From the IMG/VR virus record IMGVR_UViG_3300032323_003710: a stretch of 64,000 nt of DNA. One strand, written 5' to 3'. The position numbers and the translations under genes are program-made. This DNA is from an uncultured virus (IMG/VR IMGVR_UViG_3300032323_003710). Its lineage: Duplodnaviria; Heunggongvirae; Uroviricota; Caudoviricetes. This document shows positions 38,186 through 48,160 of the stretch, piece by piece. Numbering within the stretch: position 1 is the stretch's first letter; every line of letters starts with the position of its first letter. The notes beneath the pieces were generated by a model. It saw only the letters and a program-made list of their open reading frames with translations. It did no database searches and was not told where the DNA came from.

Positions 38186-38889
38186 ATAGTATATATTAAT
38201 TCTAATTTATCTTTTTTAATATCTCTATTTATTTTACTACATAGTGGTTGAAGATTTGAATAGTGATTTAATTTTATAATTTCCTCTTCTGTTTTAGCAC
38301 TTGATATTGGTATAATATGGTCAATATCCCAACCATAACTTAACTCTCCATTATATAATCCTCTATTTTCCCAAGTCATCCAAGGTTGAAACTTATCTTC
38401 CAAATATAACTTAAACTCTTCAAATGAACATCCTAATATTTTTGATGTTTTTGATGTTTTTGAAAATCCACCATTTGAAATATGTTTTCTTATCATATTT
38501 CTTGTATATTGTGACAATCTGTATAGGTTATCATTTTTTAATCTATTACAACGTAATTTATTTCTTTTATCCTTATTATTATCTCTATACTCTTTGTTTT
38601 TATACTTATTGTTACTATAATATTTTCTAACTTTATCTTTTATAATTTCTTTATTATCATCATAATACTTAATAGATTTAATCTTAATTAAATCTTTATT
38701 ATCATCATAGTATTCCTTTTTCCATTCCTTAATTGTTTCTTTATTATTAATTGAATAAATCTTAGATTTTAATTTAATTAATTCTTTATTCTCTTGATAG
38801 TAAATCTTTTTATTACAAGAAAGGCATATACTAGTTTTTTTAACTATTTTAACTTCTTCATCACCTAAATTACATACTTTACAAGTCAT
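38182..38889 (-). CDS. HNH homing-endonuclease-like protein
   Basis: CxxC..CxxC N-terminus, YY..NKE repeats, [21 protein letters not shown]. Confidence 0.85.
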   Translation of the reverse strand: MTCKVCNLGDEEVKIVKKTSICLSCNKKIYYQENKELIKLKSKIYSINNKETIKEWKKEYYDDNKDLIKIKSIKYYDDNKEIIKDKVRKYYSNNKYKNKEYRDNNKDKRNKLRCNRLKNDNLYRLSQYTRNMIRKHISNGGFSKTSKTSKILGCSFEEFKLYLEDKFQPWMTWENRGLYNGELSYGWDIDHIIPISSAKTEEEIIKLNHYSNLQPLCSKINRDIKKDKLELIYTI

Positions 38890-38977
38890 AACAATTTTAC
38901 TTTCTTTTATATATTAAAAAAATACTACTTCCCTACCACTTTTTATAAACTTTTTTTATATAAATTATATAAATTAG

Positions 38978-39151
38978 ATGAATAATAAAATACCAGAAGA
39001 AGCAAAAAAAGTTAAAATATCAATATCAATTGATCCAGTCTTAGATAAGAAAGTTGAAGATATAATAATGAAAATGAAATTTTATAAAAAATCAAGATTT
39101 ATAGAGTTTTTAATTAGAAAATACATAGATGAAAATAAAGATACTTTATAG
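38978..39151 (+). CDS. Ribbon-helix-helix DNA-binding protein (57 aa)
   Basis: Hand translation MNNKIPEEAKKVKISISIDPVLDKKVEDIIMKMKFYKKSRFIEFLIRKYIDENKDTL; class B motif at 38947-38974. Confidence 0.7.
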   Translation: MNNKIPEEAKKVKISISIDPVLDKKVEDIIMKMKFYKKSRFIEFLIRKYIDENKDTL

Positions 39152-39159
39152 TATCTTTT

Positions 39160-39191
39160 TTTGTTTCTAAAATAAAAATTACCTATCTTTG
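39160..39191 (+). promoter_or_regulatory. Bacteroidota-type promoter TTTG-N20-TATCTTTG
   Basis: Upstream of ORF 39210. Confidence 0.65.
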
Positions 39192-39209
39192 TCAAAACAA
39201 ATATAAACT

Positions 39210-40085
39210 ATGAGAGGATATACTGATTACAACAAAGAACAACTATTTTCAATAATTGACAAGATTTCAATTACTAAAGAAGGTACACAAGTTATCACCA
39301 AGTATGGTAATAGAATTATTAAAGTTGCAAATGTATCTAATAGATATGAAATCTTTGATATTGCTAAGTATCTTAAAGATAAGATTGAGACTATTGAGAA
39401 AAACTTTGAAATCAGTAAATATAGATTAGATATTATTGGTGGTAAACAATACTTACAATTGATTTCTGATAGTATTAATGTAGGTGGTGTTGATTTTCAT
39501 AAATCATTCTATATCTTAAACTCTTCTGATAAGTCAAGAAGATTGAGTTTCAATGTTGGTTTATACTCTGATATAAATGACTTGTATGTAATTGGTGCAA
39601 GTAATACTGGATTGATTAAGAAACACTTAAAAGGTGTTACTCAAGCTGCAGAGGTAGCTTCTGAGGGATTAAATGGTGAAACATTTAATGAGCAAATTGA
39701 AGCTATGGAGTCTATTGTTGGTCACAAAGTTGCTTTCTCTAAATTAAGAGAAATTATCTTAGGTGAAAGTGAAGATGTACCACAAATTAATCATAGAAAA
39801 TTTGATGCATTCAAAAACAATGTTAGATATGTTGCTCATAAAAATGAATTAGTACAAACTAAACTTTCTACAGAACAAAGAAATATGTTATATAAAGATT
39901 CTACAAAGATAAAAGAAGTGACAAGAGAGTTAGACTTTTATGTAGATGCATTTTGGGCCTTTCAAACCTACTTAAAAATATTTAACAGACAAGATTCTCA
40001 TATTATTAAAATTGAGACTGAGAGAATTACTAAAATAACTCAATGTGCTGTTAGAAATTCTATCTTAGAAGCATTAGGAATTTAA
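39210..40085 (+). CDS. DUF932-like protein with RD-type tag
   Basis: YILNSSDKS..L.F..GL...KH motif; ends AVRNSILEALGI. Confidence 0.55.
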   Translation: MRGYTDYNKEQLFSIIDKISITKEGTQVITKYGNRIIKVANVSNRYEIFDIAKYLKDKIETIEKNFEISKYRLDIIGGKQYLQLISDSINVGGVDFHKSFYILNSSDKSRRLSFNVGLYSDINDLYVIGASNTGLIKKHLKGVTQAAEVASEGLNGETFNEQIEAMESIVGHKVAFSKLREIILGESEDVPQINHRKFDAFKNNVRYVAHKNELVQTKLSTEQRNMLYKDSTKIKEVTRELDFYVDAFWAFQTYLKIFNRQDSHIIKIETERITKITQCAVRNSILEALGI

Positions 40086-40126
40086 AAAATAATAACTATA
40101 TTTGTAAAAAATAAAAACACATACTT

Positions 40127-41545
40127 ATGCCAACATATCAAAGAAAAACTATTGACTTACTTATCTCAGATGATTTGAGAAACATATTGACAGAAATTGA
40201 ATCTGAGTCAATGGTTGCAAAACTTTTATTAAAGAAAAGACACTCTATAGAAGATTTAGTAGAGTCTCCTGTTAATTATATCTCTGTATCACATGATGAT
40301 AAAAGTAAGATTTCTTATCTTACTACAGACAGAATTAACTCATTAGAACCAGATAATTACTGGACTTCTAATAGTAGATACAAAGGTAAACCAGGTGCCT
40401 TTGTTGGTAAATTATTCAAGAATATTCCTTCAAGAGAAGTTGAGAAGTTTTCAAGTCTTTTCAGAACACAATCTTTAATGCCTGTATTTACTTTTAAAGT
40501 AGTTGATGCTGATGATATTAAAAAATACTATCATCATGAAACTTATGTAACTGATGCTGATGGTTACACAAGAGGTTCATTAGGTGCATCTTGTATGAAA
40601 CATGATCAATGTCAAAAGTTATTCAAACTTTATACTAAAAACACTGACCAAGTGAAGATGTTAGTTATGTTGGATGAAAATGAGAAGTTGATTGGTAGAG
40701 CCTTACTTTGGAACCTTGAGAGTAATAAAATCATGGATAGAATTTACACTAAACTTGATGAAGATTATGCATTCCATTTCAAAAAGTGGGCCACAAAAAA
40801 TGGTTATTTATACAAAAGTGAGCAAAACTGGTTTAATACTCTTTTCTTTGAGAACCTTAATATCAAAAGAAAAGAATTATACTTAGAGTTCAACATAGGT
40901 ATAAATCCAAAAAAATATCCTTATATGGACACCTTTAAGTTTGTTAACTTAGAGTCTGGTAGATTGTATAACTACATTCCAGAGAATATTAATGTTAAAA
41001 CTTTGACTTCTTCTGATGGTGGTTATCATGATGGTGACCATTTAAGATTTGATGGTATTCATAAAGTATTTAGATACAGAAATGAAGTAAGTTGGTTAGC
41101 TTATTTGAATCTTTATACTCGTACTTATGATTGTAATTACTCAGAAGTTAATGAAACTTATATTTTGAAAAAAGATTGTCAATATGATGATAAAATTGGA
41201 GATTATATTTTTGGTGGAGAGTATGAACACTTGAATAACAAATCAAAACTTGAGGAACTTAGAAACCCTGTAGTAAAAATAGTTGAAGAAACTATACCAA
41301 GTTACTATGATTATAGTAGTAGAGGAACTCAAAGGTCTTTATCAGAAACAATTTCTAATTTAAGTGATTTAATAGCAGATATAAATATTCCAGATTTAGG
41401 AAGTATTGGTTCAAGTTTATATTCACAATGGCAACAACTATCAAGAACTGAACAAGAAGAAATTTTAGAACAAGTTGCTGATAGAGATAATAATGAAGGA
41501 GAAGACTTACAACTTGAATTAGAAGAAGAACCAACCCCATTTTAA
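40127..41545 (+). CDS. Conserved phage protein (SCM..GRALLW..MDRIY..PYMDT motifs)
   Basis: Motif string seen in many phage hypotheticals; TATATTTG at 40097-40104. Confidence 0.7.
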   Translation: MPTYQRKTIDLLISDDLRNILTEIESESMVAKLLLKKRHSIEDLVESPVNYISVSHDDKSKISYLTTDRINSLEPDNYWTSNSRYKGKPGAFVGKLFKNIPSREVEKFSSLFRTQSLMPVFTFKVVDADDIKKYYHHETYVTDADGYTRGSLGASCMKHDQCQKLFKLYTKNTDQVKMLVMLDENEKLIGRALLWNLESNKIMDRIYTKLDEDYAFHFKKWATKNGYLYKSEQNWFNTLFFENLNIKRKELYLEFNIGINPKKYPYMDTFKFVNLESGRLYNYIPENINVKTLTSSDGGYHDGDHLRFDGIHKVFRYRNEVSWLAYLNLYTRTYDCNYSEVNETYILKKDCQYDDKIGDYIFGGEYEHLNNKSKLEELRNPVVKIVEETIPSYYDYSSRGTQRSLSETISNLSDLIADINIPDLGSIGSSLYSQWQQLSRTEQEEILEQVADRDNNEGEDLQLELEEEPTPF

Positions 41546-41556
41546 TGGGGTTTTTT
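41533..41556. terminator. Intrinsic terminator
   Basis: AACCCCATT-tt-AATGGGGTTTTTT. Confidence 0.75.
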
Positions 41557-41557
41557 A

Positions 41558-42409
41558 TTACATATAACTAACAACATCCAAATCTAATGTTCTGTTTATA
41601 ACATCTATTGGTGTTTTATACTCTTCATAACAATTATCCTTTAATAAGATAAGTGTAGCTCTTACAATTTTAATATCTTCATATTTAGTTCCTTGTAACA
41701 TTTTCTTAAACAATTTACCATATAATGATAATTGTACATAGTAATGTCCTAATGCAGTATTTGGTAAGTCTTGATAAGGTTCTTCCATTGGAACTGTCCA
41801 TTTTGTTTCAACAAAGTTCTTTGGTTTATTAGTTTTCCAGTCAGTTACAACTATTCCTAATTGTGTTCTTTCTTTATTTGATACTAACCAAATCTTATCT
41901 GCTTGTCCTGTATAACCAAGTTGTGGATCACCCATTACAACTTCTGTATCAATTAAAACAGCACCATTTTTAATCATCTTTTCATAGAACTGTACACCAT
42001 AATTAATCATATGGTCTGATGTAATTTCTTGTTCAAAGTCACAATTAAACTCAGGCTCTCTTACTTCTTTATCTAATCCAAATCTTTCAATGATTTTCTT
42101 TTCTAAGAAGTAGTGAACTCTACTTCCTGTATTATTGGCATAGTCTGCCATTTGAGACCATTCTTTAATAAGTTTCTTTTGCAGAACTACATCACCTTTA
42201 GCTTTCTTAAATGATGCTTCTTGAGTTGGGAACTCAGGGTAGAAACTTTTTAGAACCTTTGATACTGATGGCCAGTTACTTTGTGATTGACCTTGTAGGT
42301 TATTCATAAAGTATTTATGATTGTCTTCTATAAAATACAGATTCAATTCTTTTCTTCGTTCTTCTAATAAAATTCTTATTTCATTAGCTATTTGGTATAA
42401 ATCTATCAT
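41558..42409 (-). CDS. PD-(D/E)XK exonuclease (Cas4/RecB-like, phage type)
   Basis: PSVSKVL, GSRVH, E, GQAD, DWKT, YYVQLSLY; class B motif 42414-42440. Confidence 0.85.
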   Translation of the reverse strand: MIDLYQIANEIRILLEERRKELNLYFIEDNHKYFMNNLQGQSQSNWPSVSKVLKSFYPEFPTQEASFKKAKGDVVLQKKLIKEWSQMADYANNTGSRVHYFLEKKIIERFGLDKEVREPEFNCDFEQEITSDHMINYGVQFYEKMIKNGAVLIDTEVVMGDPQLGYTGQADKIWLVSNKERTQLGIVVTDWKTNKPKNFVETKWTVPMEEPYQDLPNTALGHYYVQLSLYGKLFKKMLQGTKYEDIKIVRATLILLKDNCYEEYKTPIDVINRTLDLDVVSYM

Positions 42410-42444
42410 CTAAATTATATTTTATTATTTTATAAAGTTTTAAC

Positions 42445-42472
42445 AAAAAAAGAGAGCAAATGCTCTCTTTTT
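42445..42472 (-). terminator. Intrinsic terminator
   Basis: AAAAAAGAGAGCA-aa-TGCTCTCTTTTT. Confidence 0.75.
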
Positions 42473-42950
42473 ATACTGTTGGTTGAATAACATTTGCTTT
42501 AACCTCTGCAGACCCATCAATATATAATTCTCTTTCTTTTAATAAATCAATTATATAACTTGTAACATAGTGTTCTTGTTTTAAGAAAACAACTTCTGTA
42601 CTTCCAATAACCATATCAACATCTTTAGTTGATGCCCATTCAGTTATAATTCTTTCTAAGTCATTATATATCTCTTTAGATAATTCATCATTCATTTGTC
42701 TCATTCTGTGCTTGAACTCTTCATCAATTTGCATTCCTTCTTCTTGTAAGATTTGAAATCTTTCTGCACTTGCTTTCTGAGTTGCTTCATCTGCAGTCAT
42801 ACTTGTTTTTAGTAATTCTTGCATCTCATCTCTGAAAGGATCTAATTTTTTAACAAACTCTTCTTTAACTTGTTCAATCTTTTTAATACCTTCTTGATAT
42901 TTAACATAATGACGACTTAGTATTTCAAAGTCAACTACTTTTATATTCAT
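42471..42950 (-). CDS. skp: Skp/OmpH-like chaperone lacking a signal peptide
   Basis: IKVVDF N-terminal strand, long coiled-coil arms, DMVI...VVF....YVT..II..L C-terminus. Confidence 0.7.
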   Translation of the reverse strand: MNIKVVDFEILSRHYVKYQEGIKKIEQVKEEFVKKLDPFRDEMQELLKTSMTADEATQKASAERFQILQEEGMQIDEEFKHRMRQMNDELSKEIYNDLERIITEWASTKDVDMVIGSTEVVFLKQEHYVTSYIIDLLKERELYIDGSAEVKANVIQPTV

Positions 42951-42974
42951 AATAAAATTTTTATTTTTATATGA

Positions 42975-43853
42975 TTATGAAGTTAATAAGTTTACTGCAG
43001 TTACATATTTCCTGTACATATTCTCATCATCTGATATAGAATAATCATAATCTTCTAAAATAACTGATTGTGTTGCACCTATTTTATTAACTTCTAAGTA
43101 ATTTCTTCTAGTCTTTGTTATTCTTGCAAATTGTCTATTCTTAATTAAGTATTTTGTTTCATCATTATAATCGTCTATTTCAATTATCTGACCTAAATAC
43201 TTATTTGTACTTAAATTAAATTTATAATTTAGTTCTCTAAATGGTGATCTTTCCTTTGTGTTAATAAGCCACTGTGTATCAAATGATGTTGGTATTTCCA
43301 ATTCATATGATGATTGAGTTATTCCTATAATCTCTTGATATTTCTCAATATTTGATGGTATTGATGGTGTACCACTCCAAATAGCTTTACTAATTTCAAT
43401 TTCATATATCTTAGGATTTAAGATATTTATATTTAAGATAGCATTACTTCTTGTAATATTAATTCCTGCTGATGCACTTGCGGATGAATAAGTTACTGAT
43501 AATGGAGATGATAAATTAATAACAAAGTATTTAGGATCTTGACTCCACATATCAAATGATGTTTGATAAACCTTTTTACTATCATATAATTTCTTAATCT
43601 TTTTTGCTAAAGTTAAGTTTGTTAATATTCTAATTTGATTCCAAGTTTTATTTTTTACATCATCTACTGTAATTAACTTCTCTATATCAATATAATAATT
43701 ATAATATAAACATTGTAATAAGTTATCATAGTCAAACTTTTCAATAGAATCATCAATATATTGACAATATTCCAAGTAGTTGTCTTTACCTTTTAAAGCA
43801 ATCTTATCTATTTGAGAATATATCTTATTAATTTTCTTTCTATCTGGATTCAT
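42975..43853 (-). CDS. Hypothetical protein
   Basis: 292-aa ORF in minus-strand operon. Confidence 0.75.
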   Translation of the reverse strand: MNPDRKKINKIYSQIDKIALKGKDNYLEYCQYIDDSIEKFDYDNLLQCLYYNYYIDIEKLITVDDVKNKTWNQIRILTNLTLAKKIKKLYDSKKVYQTSFDMWSQDPKYFVINLSSPLSVTYSSASASAGINITRSNAILNINILNPKIYEIEISKAIWSGTPSIPSNIEKYQEIIGITQSSYELEIPTSFDTQWLINTKERSPFRELNYKFNLSTNKYLGQIIEIDDYNDETKYLIKNRQFARITKTRRNYLEVNKIGATQSVILEDYDYSISDDENMYRKYVTAVNLLTS

Positions 43854-43868
43854 TCTCTTTTGTTATTT

Positions 43869-44879
43869 TTATGCTTCTTCTTCACCACCTAATAATTTAT
43901 CAACTTCTGGTAATTTATCTGTTTTTGTTTTAATAAAATCAACAAACTTGGCAACTCTTTTCATTTGTTCAGGATCTTTTTTAAGTTCTCCTAAATCAGT
44001 TTGTAGTTTTTTCTCATCTTCTCCTTCCGCAGCAACTTCTGTTTTACCTACTATCTCTGCAGTAGTCTTAACAATTTGTTTACCATCATTACCTGTAAAT
44101 GTAAATTTATCACCTTCAATTTTATCAACTTTTTTAACATTAACTATTTTCTTTGCTACTTCATCTGTAGTAGGTGCTTTCTTTTGCTCATCTGTTAAAG
44201 CATCCCAAGCAGTTTTTTGTTGACCCTTTCTTAAATAGATAAGTTCTTCACCTACTTTATAATCAGTTGCAGTAGATGCTGCAATTTGATTAGCTTTTCT
44301 ATACTCTTCTTCTGCTTTTTTGAATATTTCATTATTCATAATAGTTTTCTTAAAGTCATCAACAATTGTTTTAATTTCTGATATTGCAACAGCTTTTTTT
44401 GCTGCTAAGTCTGCAGCAGCAGCAAACTTTTTATCAAAGTCAGCTTTTATCTCACCTGCTTTCTTTTTCATCATTCCAAATGCAACACTTGCACCAATTA
44501 AAGCATCTTGAATCTTTCCTTCATTAATTGAATTTGACTCTTTAACTATTTTAACTTCTTTATCAAACTCTGCAATTTGGTCATCAATTTGTTTAACAAA
44601 ATCCAATCTCATATTAGTAAGTGCTTCTTCATCCTCTGCCTTATTAATTCCATCAGTTGCTCCTTTAAGTAAAGCATCCATCTTAGCAATCATTGTTTGT
44701 TTAACTTTTTCTCTATCCATACCTTTCTTAAAATCATCTTTCAATGTTTTGAATGGTGCTGCAATATTACCTAAGAAACTTTTTAATGCTCCTTTTGCAG
44801 CATTATAAAGTGCTCCTAAAAATTCTTCATTTACTGAATCTTCTTGTTTGAAAGATTCATATTTTTTTACATATCTCAT
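43869..44879 (-). CDS. Helical protein with N-terminal MRYVKKYE tag
   Basis: MRYVKKYESF...VNEE; AATATATA 44904-44911. Confidence 0.8.
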   Translation of the reverse strand: MRYVKKYESFKQEDSVNEEFLGALYNAAKGALKSFLGNIAAPFKTLKDDFKKGMDREKVKQTMIAKMDALLKGATDGINKAEDEEALTNMRLDFVKQIDDQIAEFDKEVKIVKESNSINEGKIQDALIGASVAFGMMKKKAGEIKADFDKKFAAAADLAAKKAVAISEIKTIVDDFKKTIMNNEIFKKAEEEYRKANQIAASTATDYKVGEELIYLRKGQQKTAWDALTDEQKKAPTTDEVAKKIVNVKKVDKIEGDKFTFTGNDGKQIVKTTAEIVGKTEVAAEGEDEKKLQTDLGELKKDPEQMKRVAKFVDFIKTKTDKLPEVDKLLGGEEEA

Positions 44880-44942
44880 TACTGATAATTATTTTTTATA
44901 AACTATATATTAAAATTAAAATATAAAAAAGAAAAAATATAT

Positions 44943-45437
44943 ATGAATAACAATTACATAGAAATGGTTGCAGAATTCCACAAAACATTCCAAGCACCAA
45001 TATTACCAACACCACAAATACCATCTGCAGATAGATGTAAACTAAGAGTTTCCTTACTACAAGAAGAATTAAATGAATTACAAGAAGCTATTGATAACAA
45101 TGACTTAGTAGAGATTGCTGATGCACTTGCAGATTTACAATATGTTTTAAGTGGTGCTATATTAGAATTTGGTTTAGGAGAAAAGTTCAATGAACTATTC
45201 AATGAAGTACAAAGAAGTAATATGTCTAAGGCATGTGAAAATGAAGTTATTGCTCAAGAAACTATAGAACACTACAAACAAAAAGATGGTACTGAATCTG
45301 ATTACAAAGAAGTAAATGGTAAATACATTGTTTACAGAAATGAAGACAATAAAGTTTTGAAATCTGTAAATTATAGCCCTGCTAATCTACCAGGTATAAT
45401 TAAAGGTGTTGATACTTTTAATATGTATTTAGACTAA
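44943..45437 (+). CDS. MazG-like / PRA-PH nucleoside triphosphate pyrophosphohydrolase
   Basis: V.EFH..F, LLQEELNEL, EIADALADLQYV, EVQRSNMSK, KVLKS; class B motif 44900-44927. Confidence 0.9.
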   Translation: MNNNYIEMVAEFHKTFQAPILPTPQIPSADRCKLRVSLLQEELNELQEAIDNNDLVEIADALADLQYVLSGAILEFGLGEKFNELFNEVQRSNMSKACENEVIAQETIEHYKQKDGTESDYKEVNGKYIVYRNEDNKVLKSVNYSPANLPGIIKGVDTFNMYLD

Positions 45438-45760
45438 TGAATGATTATATTAAAGATAAACTCAGACTTAAATTAAATCTTCATGCTTCTTCTGGTAAAA
45501 AGAGAGAAGGTGTTATTGATGAGAAAGTTATTGAATCTCTTACTAAACAAGTTGATGGATTGGGAAAATATGAAATTACATATAAAGGTATTTTTCCAAC
45601 TGGGATTCATAAGTTAGATGATAACTATCAAGTTGAATATAAGAATGGTAAGTACTATCTCTCACTACATGGTGTAACTACTGACTTAAAAGCAAATGAG
45701 TTTATTGATTTTAATATAAAAGAATTTAGAAATATACAATTAAAAAAACTACTTTCTTAA
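45437..45760 (+). CDS. Hypothetical protein with RD tag
   Basis: Ends EFRNIQLKKLLS. Confidence 0.75.
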   Translation: MNDYIKDKLRLKLNLHASSGKKREGVIDEKVIESLTKQVDGLGKYEITYKGIFPTGIHKLDDNYQVEYKNGKYYLSLHGVTTDLKANEFIDFNIKEFRNIQLKKLLS

Positions 45761-45782
45761 AATAATTTGCTATATTTGTAGC

Positions 45783-46049
45783 ATGAAGACAAAAGATTTA
45801 GACAAGTTAACACAAGGAGATATAGTAGTTTTTATAAAACATATTAATGGTTGGGCTTTTAATAAGTATAAAATTGGAGACCAATATAAGTTTCATAGTT
45901 TTAACATTAATAAAAATATGCCTATGTCTTCAAATACTGTTTACTTAGAAAGTTTACAAGGTGAAGTAATAGCATTTACACCAAAGGTTGCATATAATAT
46001 AGAAACTCTACAGAAGTGGAGACAATTACAATTAGAAAAATTAGTATAA
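45783..46049 (+). CDS. Small SH3/KOW-like protein with RD tag
   Basis: QGDIVVF; ends KWRQLQLEKLV; TATATTTG 45771-45778. Confidence 0.7.
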   Translation: MKTKDLDKLTQGDIVVFIKHINGWAFNKYKIGDQYKFHSFNINKNMPMSSNTVYLESLQGEVIAFTPKVAYNIETLQKWRQLQLEKLV

Positions 46050-46393
46050 TGACTGATAAAGAAAAGAAGTTAAGACAACATAAAAAAGAACTAAAGAGTC
46101 TTAGAAATAAAATGGGTAAACATATTGTTTGGTTTGATGCACTTGCTTCAAATAGACAATATGATTTACTATTTCTATGGAAAAAAGAAAAATATAAAGT
46201 AAAGGATATTAAAGTACCAACCAAAGTAAAGTTTGAATATGGTAATAGATTCACATTACAAAAGACTTATACTAAATATCCTGCAAGTATTAAACATTTT
46301 TTAGAAGTTTATACTTTAGATAGTAGATTCCAACCAAGTAAAGCAAGAATAAGAGAAGCATCACTAAAAATATTATTAAATGAATTATCCTGA
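46049..46393 (+). CDS. Basic hypothetical protein with RD tag
   Basis: Start MTDKEKK (TAATG coupling); ends RIREASLKILLNELS. Confidence 0.7.
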   Translation: MTDKEKKLRQHKKELKSLRNKMGKHIVWFDALASNRQYDLLFLWKKEKYKVKDIKVPTKVKFEYGNRFTLQKTYTKYPASIKHFLEVYTLDSRFQPSKARIREASLKILLNELS

Positions 46394-46928
46394 ACATATT
46401 AGAGACATTAAACTTAATCTATTGATGTCTGAGAATACTATAACTATAGACCCAAGTAAAAGAAAAGGTAAACTTACATTTCTTAGACCTGGATATGGTT
46501 TAATAAAACAATTAATTAAAATGGGTGCTATTGTCACTGGTTCAAGAGCACTTAGATGTTATAACATAAATGGTAAACAACTATTTGATAGAAAACCAAG
46601 GGATTGGGATTTTCTTGTAACTGAAAAAATGGCAATGAAAATTTGTGATGAACATGGTGTTACTTACAAAGATGGTAGTATAATGGTTTTGAAACAAATG
46701 ATTCTATTCAGAGATAGTTGTTATGGAGATTCAAGATATTTTACAACAGATATTCAACTTATTGTTAAAGATGAACTACCTGAGTATAGAGAAGTTGATG
46801 GTGTCAGATTTTCTGAACTATCACATATCATAGATGAAAAATATAAACTTGTCAGTACTTATTGTAATTCTATGAATAAACATGATGAAGATTTAAGACA
46901 AATAATAGCAAGATTTAACAACTTATGA
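46380..46928 (+). CDS. Nucleotidyltransferase-like protein with N-terminal RD tag
   Basis: VTGSRAL...RKPRDWDF (GS..DxD); starts HIRDIKLNLLM. Confidence 0.7.
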   Translation: MNYPEHIRDIKLNLLMSENTITIDPSKRKGKLTFLRPGYGLIKQLIKMGAIVTGSRALRCYNINGKQLFDRKPRDWDFLVTEKMAMKICDEHGVTYKDGSIMVLKQMILFRDSCYGDSRYFTTDIQLIVKDELPEYREVDGVRFSELSHIIDEKYKLVSTYCNSMNKHDEDLRQIIARFNNL

Positions 46929-47482
46929 TAGACTATGCAAGATTAGATAGATCCTTAAACTTCTATGAAGAAGCAGGATTCAAAAGAATAGAAGCACCCT
47001 GGACAGTTACCAAAGCTATATCCTCAATAACTAAACCACAAGGTAAAACAGATTGGGAAATTATAGGTAAAGATAAAGTACTAGTGGCTTCAGGTGAACA
47101 AAGTTTCCTCTACTTATACCTAAAAGGATTTCTTCCTAAAGGTCGCTACCAAACTATAACACCATGTTTTAGAGAAGAGCCTTTTGACCAAACACATAGT
47201 AAATACTTTATTAAGAATGAGTTAATCATAACTGATGAAGTAAATACTAAAACATTAGTTGATGTTATAAATGTTTGTAAAAAATTCTATGAGAGTGAAT
47301 TAGAAACATCTGTTGATTTGGTTAAGACTGAGTTTGGATTTGACTTAGAAGTAAATGGAATTGAGATAGGTTCTTATGGAATAAGAAGTTGTGAATATCT
47401 GGATTGGATATATGCAACAGGATTAGCAGAGCCAAGATTTTCAATAATAAAAAATATAGTAAAGAAAAATGGGTTATCATAA
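46925..47482 (+). CDS. Minimal class II aminoacyl-tRNA-synthetase-like catalytic domain
   Basis: Motif 1 GF..IEAP, ASGEQSF, motif 2 PCFREE...H..YF.K.EL, EIGSYG, motif 3 GLAEPR; no anticodon domain. Confidence 0.8.
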   Translation: MIDYARLDRSLNFYEEAGFKRIEAPWTVTKAISSITKPQGKTDWEIIGKDKVLVASGEQSFLYLYLKGFLPKGRYQTITPCFREEPFDQTHSKYFIKNELIITDEVNTKTLVDVINVCKKFYESELETSVDLVKTEFGFDLEVNGIEIGSYGIRSCEYLDWIYATGLAEPRFSIIKNIVKKNGLS

Positions 47483-47720
47483 AACTGAAATACCAAGAGG
47501 TAAATATGGTGAGTTCTCTAAAATTAGAGAAGAGTTTTTAGAAGCACAAGATGCTTTAGAACAAGATAATAAAATAATGTTGATGGTTGAACTATCAGAC
47601 TTGATTGGTTCAATTGAAGCTTATTGTAAACAACATCACAATATTACTTTAGATGATTTGATTACAATGAAAGAAGCAACTAAAAGAGCGTTCACTGATG
47701 GTACAAGAGAACCAAGGTAA
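47469..47720 (+). CDS. Small MazG-like protein
   Basis: SKIREEFLEAQDA...VELSDLIG. Confidence 0.7.
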   Translation: MGYHKTEIPRGKYGEFSKIREEFLEAQDALEQDNKIMLMVELSDLIGSIEAYCKQHHNITLDDLITMKEATKRAFTDGTREPR

Positions 47721-47940
47721 AACTTACTATGAAGTAGGTGATAGAGTTCTTAGAGGTAATCATAATTGTATTATAATAGTAATACATAGACCTAATAATA
47801 GATATTATATTAGATACTTAGATAATTTTAATACTCAAGGAACTAATGTTGAAAGTTGGGTTGCTTACTCAGATATTGAGTTAGATAGAGAATATTATAG
47901 AGATTTAAAAATAGAACAGATATTAAATGGAGATAGGTGA
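47698..47940 (+). CDS. Small SH3/KOW-like protein with RD tag
   Basis: YEVGDRV; YYRDLKIEQILN. Confidence 0.75.
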   Translation: MVQENQGKTYYEVGDRVLRGNHNCIIIVIHRPNNRYYIRYLDNFNTQGTNVESWVAYSDIELDREYYRDLKIEQILNGDR

Positions 47941-48160
47941 TATAGTAATACTTAAAGAGGATAGTTTTCTAAAAGAATATTTTCCTGGTTATTGTGAAAT
48001 AATTGAGACTATAACTATTATGAGAGAACTTAGGTATAGTATTAGGACTATTGACTTTATTAATGGCTCACAAAATATAACCTTGTCATATGAAAATGAT
48101 ATTATACCAATAGTCAGAATTAGAAATGAGAAATTAAATAAATTATTAGATGAAATATAA
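47927..48160 (+). CDS. Small SH3/KOW-like protein with RD tag
   Basis: MEIGDIVILK; RIRNEKLNKLLD. Confidence 0.75.
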   Translation: MEIGDIVILKEDSFLKEYFPGYCEIIETITIMRELRYSIRTIDFINGSQNITLSYENDIIPIVRIRNEKLNKLLDEI

